From contig DASQPA010000125.1 of NCBI GenBank assembly GCA_035644215.1, positions 1,472-65,471 of the forward strand: a DNA stretch of 64,000 bases, read 5' to 3'. The position numbers and the translations under genes were made by a program. How positions within the stretch are numbered: position 1 is the first letter of the stretch; each line of letters opens with the position of its first letter. The stretch is from Thermoanaerobaculia bacterium (GTDB taxonomy: Bacteria; Acidobacteriota; Thermoanaerobaculia; Multivoradales; UBA5704). The notes under the pieces are model-generated. The model did not search any database. It saw only the letters and a program-made list of their open reading frames with translations, and was not told the origin of the DNA. Positions 1 to 9,430 of the stretch are shown here, one piece after another.

Positions 1-2087
1 CCGTCGACGGCGCGGCCGCCCGGAAGGCCCCCGGGGTGCTCGTCGTCCTCACCCATGAGAACAGCCCCAAGCTCCAGAAGGCGGGGAGCCGTCAGCCGAC
101 TCAGGCCGGCAAGCTGGGCGAGGATCGGCTGCCGTTCTCGGATGACGTGATCCACTACGCCGGCCAGCATGTGGCGCTGGTGGTGGCAAACACCCTCGAT
201 CAGGCCCGCTACGCGGCCTCGCTGGTCAAGGTCCGCTACGAGGAGGAGAAGCCGGTCCTCACGATCGAGGAGGCGGAGCCCACCGCCTACTCCCCCAAGG
301 CGTCGTTCGGCCGCCCGCTCCAGCACGAACGCGGCGACGTCGCCGCGGCGCTGGCGGGGGCAGGGGGCAGCGGCGGAGCCAAGGTCGAGGCGACCTATAC
401 CACCCCGGTCGAGACCAACAACCCCATGGAACCCTCGGCGACCGTCGCAGTCTGGGACGGCGACCGGCTGACCGTGACCGACGCCACCCAGGCGGTGGTG
501 GGGACCCGCGCCGTGCTCGCCCAGTCTTTCGGCATCCCCAAGGAGAACGTCCGCGTGCTCTGCCCGTTCACCGGCGGCGGTTTCGGCTGCAAGGGATTCC
601 AGTGGGGGCACACGCTTCTGGCCGCCATGGCGGCGCGGGTGACGAAGCGCCCGGTGCAGCTGAACCTCTCCCGGCAGCAGATGTTCACCTCGGTGGGCCA
701 CCGCCCGCCGACGGTCCAGAAGCTGTCGCTCGCGGCGAAGAAGGACGGCACCCTGACCGCTCTCCGCCACGAGACCCTCCAGGCCACCTCGCCCACCACC
801 GAGTTCGTCGAGCCGTGCGGTCTCACCACGAGCAAGCTCCTCTATGCCTGCGACAACGTGGCCATCCCCCACCGGCTGGTGCGCGTCAACGTCGGCCCGC
901 CCACCCCCATGCGGGCGCCCGGCGACTGCCCGGGGACCTTCGCCCTGGAGTCGGCGATGGACGAGCTCGCGTACGCGTTGGAGATGGACCCCATCGTCCT
1001 CCGGGTGCGGAACCATGCGGACAAGGATCCGGGGGAGGGAAAGCCGTGGTCGTCCAAGCACCTCAAGGAGTGTTACTCGCGCGGCGCCGAGATGTTCGGT
1101 TGGAAAAAGCGCAATCCCAAGCCCGGCTCGATGAAGGACGGCGACCTCCTGGTCGGCTGGGGGATGGCGACCGCGGTCTACCCCGGCAACCGCCGGCCGG
1201 CCTCGGCCCGCATGCGCCTGACCCCGGACGGCCGCGCCCTCGTCCAGGTCGCGACCCAGGAGCTGGGCACCGGTTCCTACACGATCTTCACCCAGGTGGC
1301 GGCCGACGCGCTGGGCCTGCCGGTCGAGCGGGTGACCTTCGAGCTCGGCGACACCGAGTTCCCCGAGTCGGGGGTGTCCGGCGGCTCGACCACCGCGGCC
1401 TCGGTCAGCGAGGCGGTCGTCGGGGCGGCGGCGGCGATGAAGGCGAAGCTCGTGGCTCTGGCCGCCGCCGATCCGGAGTCGCCGCTCGGCGGCCTGCGGC
1501 CGGAGGAGGTGACGATGGCCGACGGCCGGCTGGCCGCGGTGGGGAACCCTTCTCGAAGCCTCTCCTACACCGACCTCCTGAAGCGGGGCCGGCTGGCGAA
1601 GATGGAGTCGGAGGCGACGGTCAAGCCCGACGACAAGAGCAAGGCCTACTCGATCCACTCCTGGGGCGCCCAGTTCTGCGAGGTGAAGATCGATCCCCTC
1701 CTGCCGCGCGTCCAGGTGACCCGCTGGGTCTCGGTCATCGACGTGGGGCGGGTGCTGAACGTCAAGCTCTCGAAGAGCCAGGTGATGGGCGGGATGACCA
1801 TGGGGATCGGCATGGCGCTCCTGGAGCACACGGTCTACGATCCCCGCACCGGTCTGCCGGTCAACGCGAACTTCGCGGACTACGCCATTCCGGTCAACGC
1901 CGACGTCCCCGTCGTCGAGGTCGATTTCGTCGGCTCGCCCGATCCGATCATCAACACCCTGGGCTGCCGCGGGGTCGGCGAGATCGGGATCACCGGGGTG
2001 GCGGCGGCGATCGCCAACGCCGTCTATCACGCCACGGGGAAGCGGGTGCGGGAGCTGCCGATCACGCCGGACAAGCTGCTGGCGTAG
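1..2087 (+). CDS. xanthine dehydrogenase/aldehyde oxidase family molybdopterin-binding subunit (5'-partial)
   Basis: The frame is open from base 3 with no upstream stop, so the gene enters the window already running. The 683 aa seen carry typical CoxL/XdhA C-terminal motifs (GGGFGCKG..., GVGEIG). Confidence 0.8.
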   Translation, partial: VDGAAARKAPGVLVVLTHENSPKLQKAGSRQPTQAGKLGEDRLPFSDDVIHYAGQHVALVVANTLDQARYAASLVKVRYEEEKPVLTIEEAEPTAYSPKASFGRPLQHERGDVAAALAGAGGSGGAKVEATYTTPVETNNPMEPSATVAVWDGDRLTVTDATQAVVGTRAVLAQSFGIPKENVRVLCPFTGGGFGCKGFQWGHTLLAAMAARVTKRPVQLNLSRQQMFTSVGHRPPTVQKLSLAAKKDGTLTALRHETLQATSPTTEFVEPCGLTTSKLLYACDNVAIPHRLVRVNVGPPTPMRAPGDCPGTFALESAMDELAYALEMDPIVLRVRNHADKDPGEGKPWSSKHLKECYSRGAEMFGWKKRNPKPGSMKDGDLLVGWGMATAVYPGNRRPASARMRLTPDGRALVQVATQELGTGSYTIFTQVAADALGLPVERVTFELGDTEFPESGVSGGSTTAASVSEAVVGAAAAMKAKLVALAAADPESPLGGLRPEEVTMADGRLAAVGNPSRSLSYTDLLKRGRLAKMESEATVKPDDKSKAYSIHSWGAQFCEVKIDPLLPRVQVTRWVSVIDVGRVLNVKLSKSQVMGGMTMGIGMALLEHTVYDPRTGLPVNANFADYAIPVNADVPVVEVDFVGSPDPIINTLGCRGVGEIGITGVAAAIANAVYHATGKRVRELPITPDKLLA

Positions 2088-2167
2088 GGGACGTCGCATC
2101 CGCACTGCTCGCAAAGGGAGGGGTGACGCACTGTAGAGAATAAGTAGCATAGACGAGGAGGAATCCT

Positions 2168-4633
2168 GTGGGGCAGGAACTTCTATTGACCTTGCGCGGA
2201 CTGGCGAAACGGCCGGCGTTCACTTTCGCCGTCCTACTCCTCCTGGTCCTGGGCATCGGGACCAACACGGCGATCTGGAGCCTCCTGACCGCGATCTTCC
2301 TGCATCCTCTGCCGGCGGTCGCCGCCCCCGGCGGGCTGGTGGCGATCTACCAGACGACGCTCGGGGAGAACGGCCTCCCCGCCGGCGGTTTCGAGAACGT
2401 CTCCTACCCGAACTACCGCGATTTCCGCGATCGCAACCGGTCTTTCTCCGATATCGCGCTCTACCAGTGGCTGAAGATGAACCTCGCGGGCGGCGCCATG
2501 CCGGAGCGCATCGTCGGCATGTTCGCGACCGCCAACTACTTCGACCTCCTGGGCGTCCACCCGGCGCTGGGCCGCTTCTTCCGGCCGGAGGAGGCGCGGG
2601 TACCGGGGGGGGAGGCGGTCGCCGTCCTCGGCCACGGCTGCTTCAGCCGCCTCTTCGGCGCCGATCCCAAGGTCGTGGGCAAGAGCATCCTCCTGGGCGG
2701 GCGCAAGTTCACGGTGGTCGGCGTCGCCCCCCCGAGGTTCCGTGGCACCGACGTAGACACCCAGGTCGACGTCTGGGTCCCGTTCACGATGTTCCCGGTG
2801 CTCTCCCCCTATCCGGCGTTCTTCGAGTCGCGCGACGACTGGCCGTTCCGCGCCTTCGGGCGATTGAAGCCCGGCGTCTCGCTCGCCGCGGCCGAGGCCG
2901 ACATGGCGGGGGTGGCCCGCGCGCTCGCGCGGCAGTTCCCCAAGGAGAACGAGAAGCTGGGAGTCCGCCTCCTGCCGCTCGTCGAGGGGGCGATCCAGCC
3001 CCGCGAGCGGGAGCGCTACGTGGGCTACGGCAGAACGCTGTCGTTCGCCGCCGTGCTGCTTCTGATCGTGGTCTCGACCAACGTCGCCAACCTGCTCCTG
3101 GCCCGGGGCGTCGAGCACGGTCCGGAGCTCGCCATCCGCCTGGCGGTGGGCGGCAACCTCGCCACCCTCGCCCGCCTGCTGTCGATCGAATCGCTGCTCC
3201 TCTTCTCGACCGCCGTCCTCCTGAGCCTGCCGGCCGGTGTCTGGAGCCTGCGACTGCTGTGGAGCTTCCGCCCGCCGGAGCTGGCGACCGGCGACCTCGA
3301 CCTCCACCTCGACCCCGCCCTCTTCGCGGGCACCGTCCTCTTCGCCCTGGCGACCGTTCTCTTCTTCGGGCTCGTCCCCGTCCTCCGCACCGCCCGGCGG
3401 GGCCTCGCCCGCTGCCTGGCGGACGCCCGGCTGCCAGAGCCGCGGCCGCGCCTGTGGCACCCCCGCCGCCTGGCCGTAGTCCTGCAGCTCGCCCTGACGC
3501 TCTTCGCGCTCATCGGGGCGAACCTCCTCGCCGCGGAGCTGTTGCGGACCCGGCATGCCGACCTCGGGTTCCAGCCGGAGGGCCTGCTCGCTCTCTCCGT
3601 CGCCCCCGGCGATCAGGGCTACGACGCGGCCCGCGCCCGCGGCTACTACCGCCAACTCCTGGAGCGGGTCGCCGCGCTCCCGGGTGTCCGGCGGGCGGCG
3701 CTGTCGGAGAACCGGCTGCTGCGCGGCGCCATCGTGTCGCGGGCGATCTACCCCGAAGGGCAGGCGAAGGGGATCAAAGCCGGCGGGCGCTCCTCCCACC
3801 GCACCAACATCGTGACTCCCGGCTTCTTCCGCGTCGCCGGCATTGCGCTCCTCCACGGCCGCGACTTCGCCGCGGTCGACTGCGCGGGTTGCCGGCGCGT
3901 GGCGATCGTCAACCAGACCCTGGCACGGCTCGCCTGGCCGGGCGAGGACCCGCTCGGCCGCCGCTTCCGCTTCGAGCGGGGCAAGCCGCTGATCGAGGTG
4001 ATCGGCGTCGCCAAGGATGCCAAGTACCGGAACGTCCGCGAAGACCCGCAACCCTTCGTCTACCTGCCGCTGACCCAGAACGATGCCGCCTCGATGACCC
4101 TCCACGTGCGCACGGCTACCCGGCCGGAGGCCGCCCTCCTGCCGGCCCTTCGCCAGGCCGCCCAGGCGATCGATCCGGGGATGCCCCTGGCCGAGATCGA
4201 CACCATGACGAATTTCGTCTCCGGCGCGCTCTGGATGGAGCGCGTCTCGGCCCTCCTCCTGGGGCTCTTCGGTCTCGTCGCGCTGCTCCTCTCCGGGATC
4301 GGGATCTACACCGTGATCACGCTCTCGATCGCCCGGCGGCGCCGGGAGATCGGTATCCGGCTCGCCCTGGGCGCCCGCCCCGCCCAGGTGACCGCCGCGG
4401 TGCTCGCCGAAGCCGCCGTCCTGGCGGGAGCCGGCCTGGTGCTCGGCTGGGTGGCCGCTCGGTTCTACCTCCATCCGATCCTCGCCAGCTATCTCCAGGG
4501 CGACGCCCTGCGGGACCCCAAAGCCTACGTCGCGCAGTCGCTGGTGCTGTTGATCACCGCCATCGCGGCGAGCGTCCTGCCCGCTCTCCAGGCGGCGCGG
4601 GTCCACCCGGCGACGCCGCTCCGCGAGGGCTGA
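2168..4633 (+). CDS. ABC transporter permease, FtsX-like (MacB/ADOP-type duplicated permease)
   Basis: 821-aa membrane protein. It has an N-terminal TM helix, a large periplasmic domain and a C-terminal FtsX-type 4-TM bundle, a pattern familiar from Acidobacteria ADOP permeases. It starts at GTG. Confidence 0.8.
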   Translation: MGQELLLTLRGLAKRPAFTFAVLLLLVLGIGTNTAIWSLLTAIFLHPLPAVAAPGGLVAIYQTTLGENGLPAGGFENVSYPNYRDFRDRNRSFSDIALYQWLKMNLAGGAMPERIVGMFATANYFDLLGVHPALGRFFRPEEARVPGGEAVAVLGHGCFSRLFGADPKVVGKSILLGGRKFTVVGVAPPRFRGTDVDTQVDVWVPFTMFPVLSPYPAFFESRDDWPFRAFGRLKPGVSLAAAEADMAGVARALARQFPKENEKLGVRLLPLVEGAIQPRERERYVGYGRTLSFAAVLLLIVVSTNVANLLLARGVEHGPELAIRLAVGGNLATLARLLSIESLLLFSTAVLLSLPAGVWSLRLLWSFRPPELATGDLDLHLDPALFAGTVLFALATVLFFGLVPVLRTARRGLARCLADARLPEPRPRLWHPRRLAVVLQLALTLFALIGANLLAAELLRTRHADLGFQPEGLLALSVAPGDQGYDAARARGYYRQLLERVAALPGVRRAALSENRLLRGAIVSRAIYPEGQAKGIKAGGRSSHRTNIVTPGFFRVAGIALLHGRDFAAVDCAGCRRVAIVNQTLARLAWPGEDPLGRRFRFERGKPLIEVIGVAKDAKYRNVREDPQPFVYLPLTQNDAASMTLHVRTATRPEAALLPALRQAAQAIDPGMPLAEIDTMTNFVSGALWMERVSALLLGLFGLVALLLSGIGIYTVITLSIARRRREIGIRLALGARPAQVTAAVLAEAAVLAGAGLVLGWVAARFYLHPILASYLQGDALRDPKAYVAQSLVLLITAIAASVLPALQAARVHPATPLREG

Positions 4634-4674
4634 CCGGAGGATGTGGACGTGGACTTCGCGGTAGGCTCCGCTCC

Positions 4675-4956
4675 ATGCCCACGCTCATCCTGACCCCGCG
4701 CCACACCGACGACTCCCAGGCGGAGGAGTACGCTGGCTCGCCGGAGGAAGAGGACGGTCTTCTCCGCTTCGTGCAGTCGATCCTCGCCGATCCTGCGATA
4801 GACTTTCCGGCAGCCATCGTTCTCGACGTGGGCCGGATCGAGGGGCGCGGCTGGGCGGTGGTCGAGCCCAACGGAGCCTGGGGTGCCGGCCTGTACGGCT
4901 GCGATCCACGAGAGGCGCTCTGGGTCATCCAAGCGGCGACGAGGAGAGATGCTTGA
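4675..4956 (+). pseudogene. remnant of an ATP-grasp (DUF4343-like) gene with a large in-frame internal deletion
   Basis: The 93-aa ORF begins MPTLILTPRHTDDSQA, the characteristic N-terminus of the roughly 300-aa ATP-grasp family. It then runs directly into the family's C-terminal block (AIVLDVGRIEGRGWAVVEPNGAWGAGLYGCDP). The middle roughly 200 aa are missing. The match is recalled from memory. Confidence 0.4.
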
Positions 4957-5525
4957 GGAATCGGAAGCTGGGTGTTCAAGCGACGACGGCCGCACTGCTG
5001 ACTCTGCTCTGGAGCGGAACCGCCTGGAGCTCTCCGGAGACGGCCGCCGCCGACACGAAGAAGCCCCCGGCGGTCGAGATCACGGCCGCTCAAATCACGA
5101 TCGGCACCGAGCACCTCGTCCTGCCGGCCGACTATTCGGCCGTGGTGAAGGCGCTCGGCAAGCCCAGTCGCACCCTTCCTCCCCAATACCCGAACCAGCT
5201 CGTCGTCTGGGACACGCTCGGCGTCGTCGGCTACCGTTTGACCGAATCGGGCAAGATCCACACCCTGATGTTCTATCTCACCCCCGTTCCCGACCGCGAC
5301 TGGGCTCCGCACCAGCCCTTCGCCGGGCCGATCCGGATCGGCAAGGACGTGCTCGACGTCCGGTCGACGCTCGCCGAAGCGGGCAAGGGCCTCCTCCAGC
5401 AGGGGGCCGAGCACCAGAGCCGCCTCGCCTTCGGGGTGTGGAACCTGCGCTTCGGGAGCTTCGTCCTCTCTTTCGAGCAGATCAAGGCCGACACCCTGCA
5501 GACCGTAACGGTCGATAGCCCATAA
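4953..5525 (+). CDS. hypothetical secreted protein (signal peptide)
   Basis: 190-aa ORF with an N-terminal hydrophobic signal-like segment (TAALLTLLWSGTAWSSPETAAA). Its start overlaps the upstream stop (ATGA). Confidence 0.45.
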   Translation: MRNRKLGVQATTAALLTLLWSGTAWSSPETAAADTKKPPAVEITAAQITIGTEHLVLPADYSAVVKALGKPSRTLPPQYPNQLVVWDTLGVVGYRLTESGKIHTLMFYLTPVPDRDWAPHQPFAGPIRIGKDVLDVRSTLAEAGKGLLQQGAEHQSRLAFGVWNLRFGSFVLSFEQIKADTLQTVTVDSP

Positions 5526-5538
5526 ACTGCTGCGGATC

Positions 5539-5925
5539 GTGCAATGGGGGTACACTTCCGCCATGACGACCAAGCCCACCCGTTCCCAGCGCCGCCCGCG
5601 CCTCGAAGGTCCCCCGTCCCAAACCGCTCTCCAGCCCCACCGGGTAAGCGAAGAGGTTCTTCCCAGTCCCGCCGCCGAAGAGAGCCACCCGGAGGCCGAG
5701 GCCAGGCACCAGTTCATCGAGGACGGGCTCCACGTGGCGGAGCAGTTGCGCAGTGCCGCCGACGCCGCGTGCGAGGCCGCCGAGCAGCTGCACCGCGCGA
5801 TGGGAGAGGCGCGGCAGGTGGCGGCGGAGGCCCGCGTGGCGATCCACGACCAGCGCCGCCTGCTGGCAGAGATGCGTGAAACGCTGAGCGAATACGAGCG
5901 CCTGCTTCAGGGCTACGTCAATTAG
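5539..5925 (+). CDS. hypothetical protein with a helical/coiled C-terminus (uncertain)
   Basis: 128-aa ORF. The opposite-strand ORF (5482-5847) is Gly/Arg-rich shadow sequence. The N-terminus is low complexity, so the true start may be the internal ATG near 5563. Confidence 0.25.
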   Translation: MQWGYTSAMTTKPTRSQRRPRLEGPPSQTALQPHRVSEEVLPSPAAEESHPEAEARHQFIEDGLHVAEQLRSAADAACEAAEQLHRAMGEARQVAAEARVAIHDQRRLLAEMRETLSEYERLLQGYVN

Positions 5926-5961
5926 CCGTCTGCCGGATGTCCCGGCGACCGGGGCCGGCCC

Positions 5962-6423
5962 CTACACCGAGTCGAGCACCGGCAGCGACTCGGCGTGGAC
6001 GGGGAGCCCCCCACAGGCGAGGAGAAGGTTGGCCTCCGCCGCCAGGGCGCGTTCGCGCAACTCCTCAAGGGCTGCCCGGCCACAGAGGCGGGCGCTCACC
6101 CGCGAGGCGATCAGGCGGGCGAGCCGCGCCAGACCGAAGGCGGTCGCGAGGTCGCTACGGGTCTCCTCCTTGGCCCGCTCCAGGGCATGGGCGGCCAGGG
6201 TATAGAGATGGAAGCGGCGCTCGCCCAAGGCTGCCCGACGCCGTTCGCGCAGGGGGAGGGCCAGGAGCTCGGCCAGGAGCTGCGGCGCCTGGGCTCGCTC
6301 TCCCGCCACGCGGGGCAGATGCTCGTTCAAAGACCGTTCGAGACGGTCGAAAATCCCCGTATAGTCGAGCCCGGGGACGGTGGCGGAAAGCGGGGTGGAC
6401 ATGATCATTTCCTCAGAATCCAT
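5962..6423 (-). CDS. hypothetical protein
   Basis: 153-aa ORF with protein-like composition. The overlapping + ORF (5937-6404) is R/G/P-rich shadow. An alternative start is ATGATCATG at about 6408, which has a GAGG 4 nt upstream. The gene begins about 60 nt from the 42-bp repeat array. Confidence 0.4.
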   Translation of the reverse strand: MDSEEMIMSTPLSATVPGLDYTGIFDRLERSLNEHLPRVAGERAQAPQLLAELLALPLRERRRAALGERRFHLYTLAAHALERAKEETRSDLATAFGLARLARLIASRVSARLCGRAALEELRERALAAEANLLLACGGLPVHAESLPVLDSV

Positions 6424-6483
6424 GTATGGGGACGCACCTTCGATACCGCTAAAGTGCAGGGAAAGGGGGAAAAGAGGGACACT

Positions 6484-6940
6484 TCCGGAACGACTTCGGG
6501 AGCGCCGGAACCGTTTCCGGAGCCTCCGGAACGACTTCGGGAGCGCCGGAACGGTTTCCGGAGCCTCCGGAACGACTTCGGGAACGTCCGGAACGGTTTC
6601 CGGAGCCTCCGGAACGACTTTGGGAGCGTCCGGAACCGTTTCCGGAGCCTCCGGAACGACTTCGGGAACGCCCGGAACCGTTTCCGGAGCCTCCGGAACG
6701 ACTTTGGGAATGCCCGGAACCGTTTCCGGAGCCTCCGGAACGACTTCGGGAACGCCCGGAATCGTTTCCGGAGCCTCCGGAACGACTTCGGGAGCGTCCG
6801 GAACGGTTTCCGGAGCCTCCGGAACGACTTTGGGAACGCCCGGAACCGTTTCCGGAGCCTCCGGAACGACTTTGGAAGCGTCCGGAACGGTTTCCGGAGC
6901 GTCCGGAACGACTTTGGAAGCGTCCGGAACGGTTTCCCGG
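6484..6940. repeat. tandem array, about 11 copies of a 41-42-bp unit built from two 21-nt half-units (TCCGGAACGACTTCGGGAGCG + TCCGGAACCGTTTCCGGAGCC)
   Basis: Read directly from the sequence. The first two copies are 41 nt (GCGCCGG) and later copies are 42 nt (GCGTCCGG). Each half-unit contains a CCGGAA-N4-TTCCGG inverted repeat. All six frames are open across the array. Confidence 0.9.
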
Positions 6941-6975
6941 AGGAGCGCCTCCGCCGCCGCTTGTCGCCCGCTCCG

Positions 6976-7005
6976 TTGACAGCGAGCGCTGCCCTTTGCT
7001 AGCCT
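6976..7005 (+). promoter_or_regulatory. possible sigma70-like promoter for the tRNA-Val pair (weak)
   Basis: TTGACA at 6976-6981. A poor -10 (TAGCCT, which keeps T1/A2/T6) lies 18 nt downstream. This is about 55 nt upstream of the tRNA. Confidence 0.2.
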
Positions 7006-7061
7006 TCCCCACTCTTAGAGGGGCGCGGAGGGGCGGCGGTCGAAGCCGAAGTCGGGAATAC

Positions 7062-7138
7062 AGGCCCGTAGCTCAGTTGGTTAGAGCGCTACGTTGACAT
7101 CGTAGAGGTCAGCGGTTCAAGTCCGCTCGGGCCTACCA
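7062..7138 (+). tRNA. tRNA-Val (anticodon GAC)
   Basis: Cloverleaf read by hand. The acceptor is AGGCCCG/CGGGCCT, the D arm GCTC..GAGC, and the anticodon stem CTACG/CGTAG with loop TTGACAT. The T arm is AGCGG-TTCAAGT-CCGCT, followed by discriminator A and an encoded CCA. Confidence 0.9.
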
Positions 7139-7294
7139 TTCACCGGGGTATTGGAGCCTAAGATCGTCGGCAGGCCGCAACCGAGAACGCAGCGGATAGA
7201 GAGACATCGGAGATACCAACCCAAGCCCGTGCTGCCTGCTTCCTACTCTCCCACTGTCCGATCGGCCGGAGCCCCCTTGTCCAGTTTCCTGTTC

Positions 7295-7371
7295 AGGCGC
7301 TTAGCTCAGCTGGTTAGAGCGCTACCTTCACACGGTAGAGGTCATCGGTTCGAGTCCGATAGCGCCTACCA
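7295..7371 (+). tRNA. tRNA-Val (anticodon CAC)
   Basis: Cloverleaf read by hand. The acceptor is AGGCGCT/AGCGCCT and the anticodon stem CTACC/GGTAG with loop TTCACAC. The T arm is ATCGG-TTCGAGT-CCGAT, with an encoded CCA. Confidence 0.9.
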
Positions 7372-7435
7372 TCCCCCCCGCTCGTGACCTGCCCTGCGGG
7401 CCCCGGCCCGAGCACGTCCGTCTTTTAGCAGTATT

Positions 7436-9391
7436 ATGGAGGCTATGCCCACGGCCCTGGAGGCCCTTCGACTGACCCTGCCCGACGGCTCCGTACGGGA
7501 GGTGGTGCCCGGCACCACCCCGCTCGCGGTGGCCGCCACCATCGGTCCACGCCTGGCGAAGGACGCGATCGGCGCCGAGCTCGACGGCAGGAAGGTCGAC
7601 CTGCGCCTGCCTCTCACCCAGGGCGGGGCGTTCCGCATCTTCACCGCCAAGAGCCCGGAGGCCGGCGAGTTCATCCGCCACAGCGCCGAGCACGTGCTGG
7701 CCGATGCCGTCAAGCGCCTGTGGCCCGAGACCGAGATCGACGTCGGGAGGAAGGACCACAGCGAGAAGTTCCAGTACGACTTCCGCTTCCCGCGCGCCTT
7801 CACCCCCGAGGACCTGACGGCCATCGAGGCCAAGATGCGCGAGATCCTGAAGGAGGAGGGGAGCTTCGAGCGCCAGGAGCTGTCGCGCCCCGAGGCCGAG
7901 GCGCTGTTCCGGGAGATGGGCGAGACCCTGAAGGTCGAGCGCCTGAAGGACATCCCCCCTGGCGAGCCGATCACCCTCTACCGGCACGGCTCCCCGGCGC
8001 GCTTCACCGACCTCTGCCGCGGCCCCCACGTCCAGCGGCTGTCCCAGATCGGCGCCGTCAAGCTGTTGGAGTCCTCGGGCGTCTTCTTCAAAGGCGACGA
8101 GGCCAACGAGCGGCTGCAGCGCATCTACGGCACCGCCTTCGCCACCCAGGAGGAGCTCGATCGCTACCTCGCCCAGATCGAGGAGGCGCGGGCGCGCGAC
8201 CACCGCCGGATCGGCCAGGACCTGGACCTCTTCAGCTTCGATCCGGTGGCGCCGGCCTCGCCGTTCTTCCACCCCAAGGGGGCGGCGATCTACAACGGCC
8301 TCGCCGACTACATCCGCGATCTCTACCGCCGCTATGGCTACGGCGAGGTGCTGACGCCGCAGATCCTGGACGTCGAGCTGTGGAAGACCTCGGGGCACTA
8401 CGCCAACTACAAGGACGCGATGTTCTTCACCGAGGTCGACGAGCGCCAGTTCGCCGCCAAGCCGATGAACTGCCCGACCCACTGCCTGATCTACGCCACC
8501 CGGATGCGCTCGTACCGCGACCTGCCCATCCGCTACGCCGACTTCGGCCGCCTCCACCGCTACGAGAAGAGCGGCGTCACCTCGGGCCTCTTCCGCGTCC
8601 GCTCGTTCGCCCAGGACGACGCCCACATCTTCTGCACCGACGACCAGGTCGAGCCGGAGGTGGTGGCGGTGGTCGAGATGATCCGCGAGGTCTACGAGAC
8701 CTTCTCCTTCGCGAGCTTCGAGATCGAGATCGGTACCCGGCCGGAGAAGTCGATCGGCACCGCCGAGGTGTGGGCGCGGGCCGAGGGCAACCTGCAAGCG
8801 GCGCTCACCAAGCGGGGCGTCCCGTTCAAAGTGAGCCCCGGCGAGGGCGCCTTCTACGGGCCGAAGATCGACTTTCACGTCCACGACGCCCTGGGGCGCA
8901 GCTGGCAGCTCGGCACCGTCCAGCTCGACTACCAGATGCCCGAGCGCTTCGCCCTCACCTACGTCGGGGCCGACGGCGCCGAGCACCGGCCGGTGATGAT
9001 CCACCGCGCCATGCTGGGATCGATCGAGCGTTTCATGGCGATCCTGCTCGAGAACACGGCGGGCGCCCTGCCGGTCTGGCTGGCGCCGGTGCAGGCGGAA
9101 GTGCTGCCGCTCTCCGAGAAGTTCCTGGGCTATGGCGAGGAGGTCCGCGCGGCTCTCGTGGCCGCCGGCCTGCGCGCCGAGCTCGACACCAGAAACGAGA
9201 AGCTCGGCTACAAGATCCGCGAGGCCCAGCTCCAGAAGGTCCCCTTCATGCTGGTGGTAGGGGGGCGCGAGGAGGAGGACCGCACGGTGTCGGTGCGACG
9301 GCGCTCCGGGCCGGACCTGGGGGCCATGCCGATCGAAACCTTCGTCACACGTGTACACGACCTCGCCAGGACCCGGAGCAATGAGCTCTAG
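7436..9391 (+). CDS. thrS: threonine--tRNA ligase
   Basis: 651 aa with an N-terminal TGS-like segment and class II aaRS core motifs. It sits at the conserved position ahead of infC. Confidence 0.95.
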   Translation: MEAMPTALEALRLTLPDGSVREVVPGTTPLAVAATIGPRLAKDAIGAELDGRKVDLRLPLTQGGAFRIFTAKSPEAGEFIRHSAEHVLADAVKRLWPETEIDVGRKDHSEKFQYDFRFPRAFTPEDLTAIEAKMREILKEEGSFERQELSRPEAEALFREMGETLKVERLKDIPPGEPITLYRHGSPARFTDLCRGPHVQRLSQIGAVKLLESSGVFFKGDEANERLQRIYGTAFATQEELDRYLAQIEEARARDHRRIGQDLDLFSFDPVAPASPFFHPKGAAIYNGLADYIRDLYRRYGYGEVLTPQILDVELWKTSGHYANYKDAMFFTEVDERQFAAKPMNCPTHCLIYATRMRSYRDLPIRYADFGRLHRYEKSGVTSGLFRVRSFAQDDAHIFCTDDQVEPEVVAVVEMIREVYETFSFASFEIEIGTRPEKSIGTAEVWARAEGNLQAALTKRGVPFKVSPGEGAFYGPKIDFHVHDALGRSWQLGTVQLDYQMPERFALTYVGADGAEHRPVMIHRAMLGSIERFMAILLENTAGALPVWLAPVQAEVLPLSEKFLGYGEEVRAALVAAGLRAELDTRNEKLGYKIREAQLQKVPFMLVVGGREEEDRTVSVRRRSGPDLGAMPIETFVTRVHDLARTRSNEL

Positions 9392-9430
9392 GCGCTGGGG
9401 CGGGGTTGCTCTCTAGGAGGTGAGCTCAAC

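Noticed and set aside
2234-4606. Very long antisense ORFs (for example 2234-4606 -, 602-2143 +, 33339-36755 -, 37412-40612 -, 37414-40950 +, 22325-24619 -, 47828-50167 -, 50916-54662 +)
   Set aside because: Their composition is Gly/Arg/Pro/Glu-rich and low complexity, typical of out-of-frame or antisense reading of 70%-GC coding DNA. Each overlaps a well-supported gene.
6380-6979. Repeat-encoded ORFs (6380-6979 SGT-rich, 5995-7002, 6449-7012; 24657-25466, 24924-25253; 42041-42538 and the long minus-strand ORFs through 42.1-42.4 kb) as real repeat proteins
   Set aside because: All six frames are open only because the units lack stop codons. No RBS or consistent start was found, the frames overlap one another and a better neighbouring gene, and the first two units of array A shift frame (41 nt).
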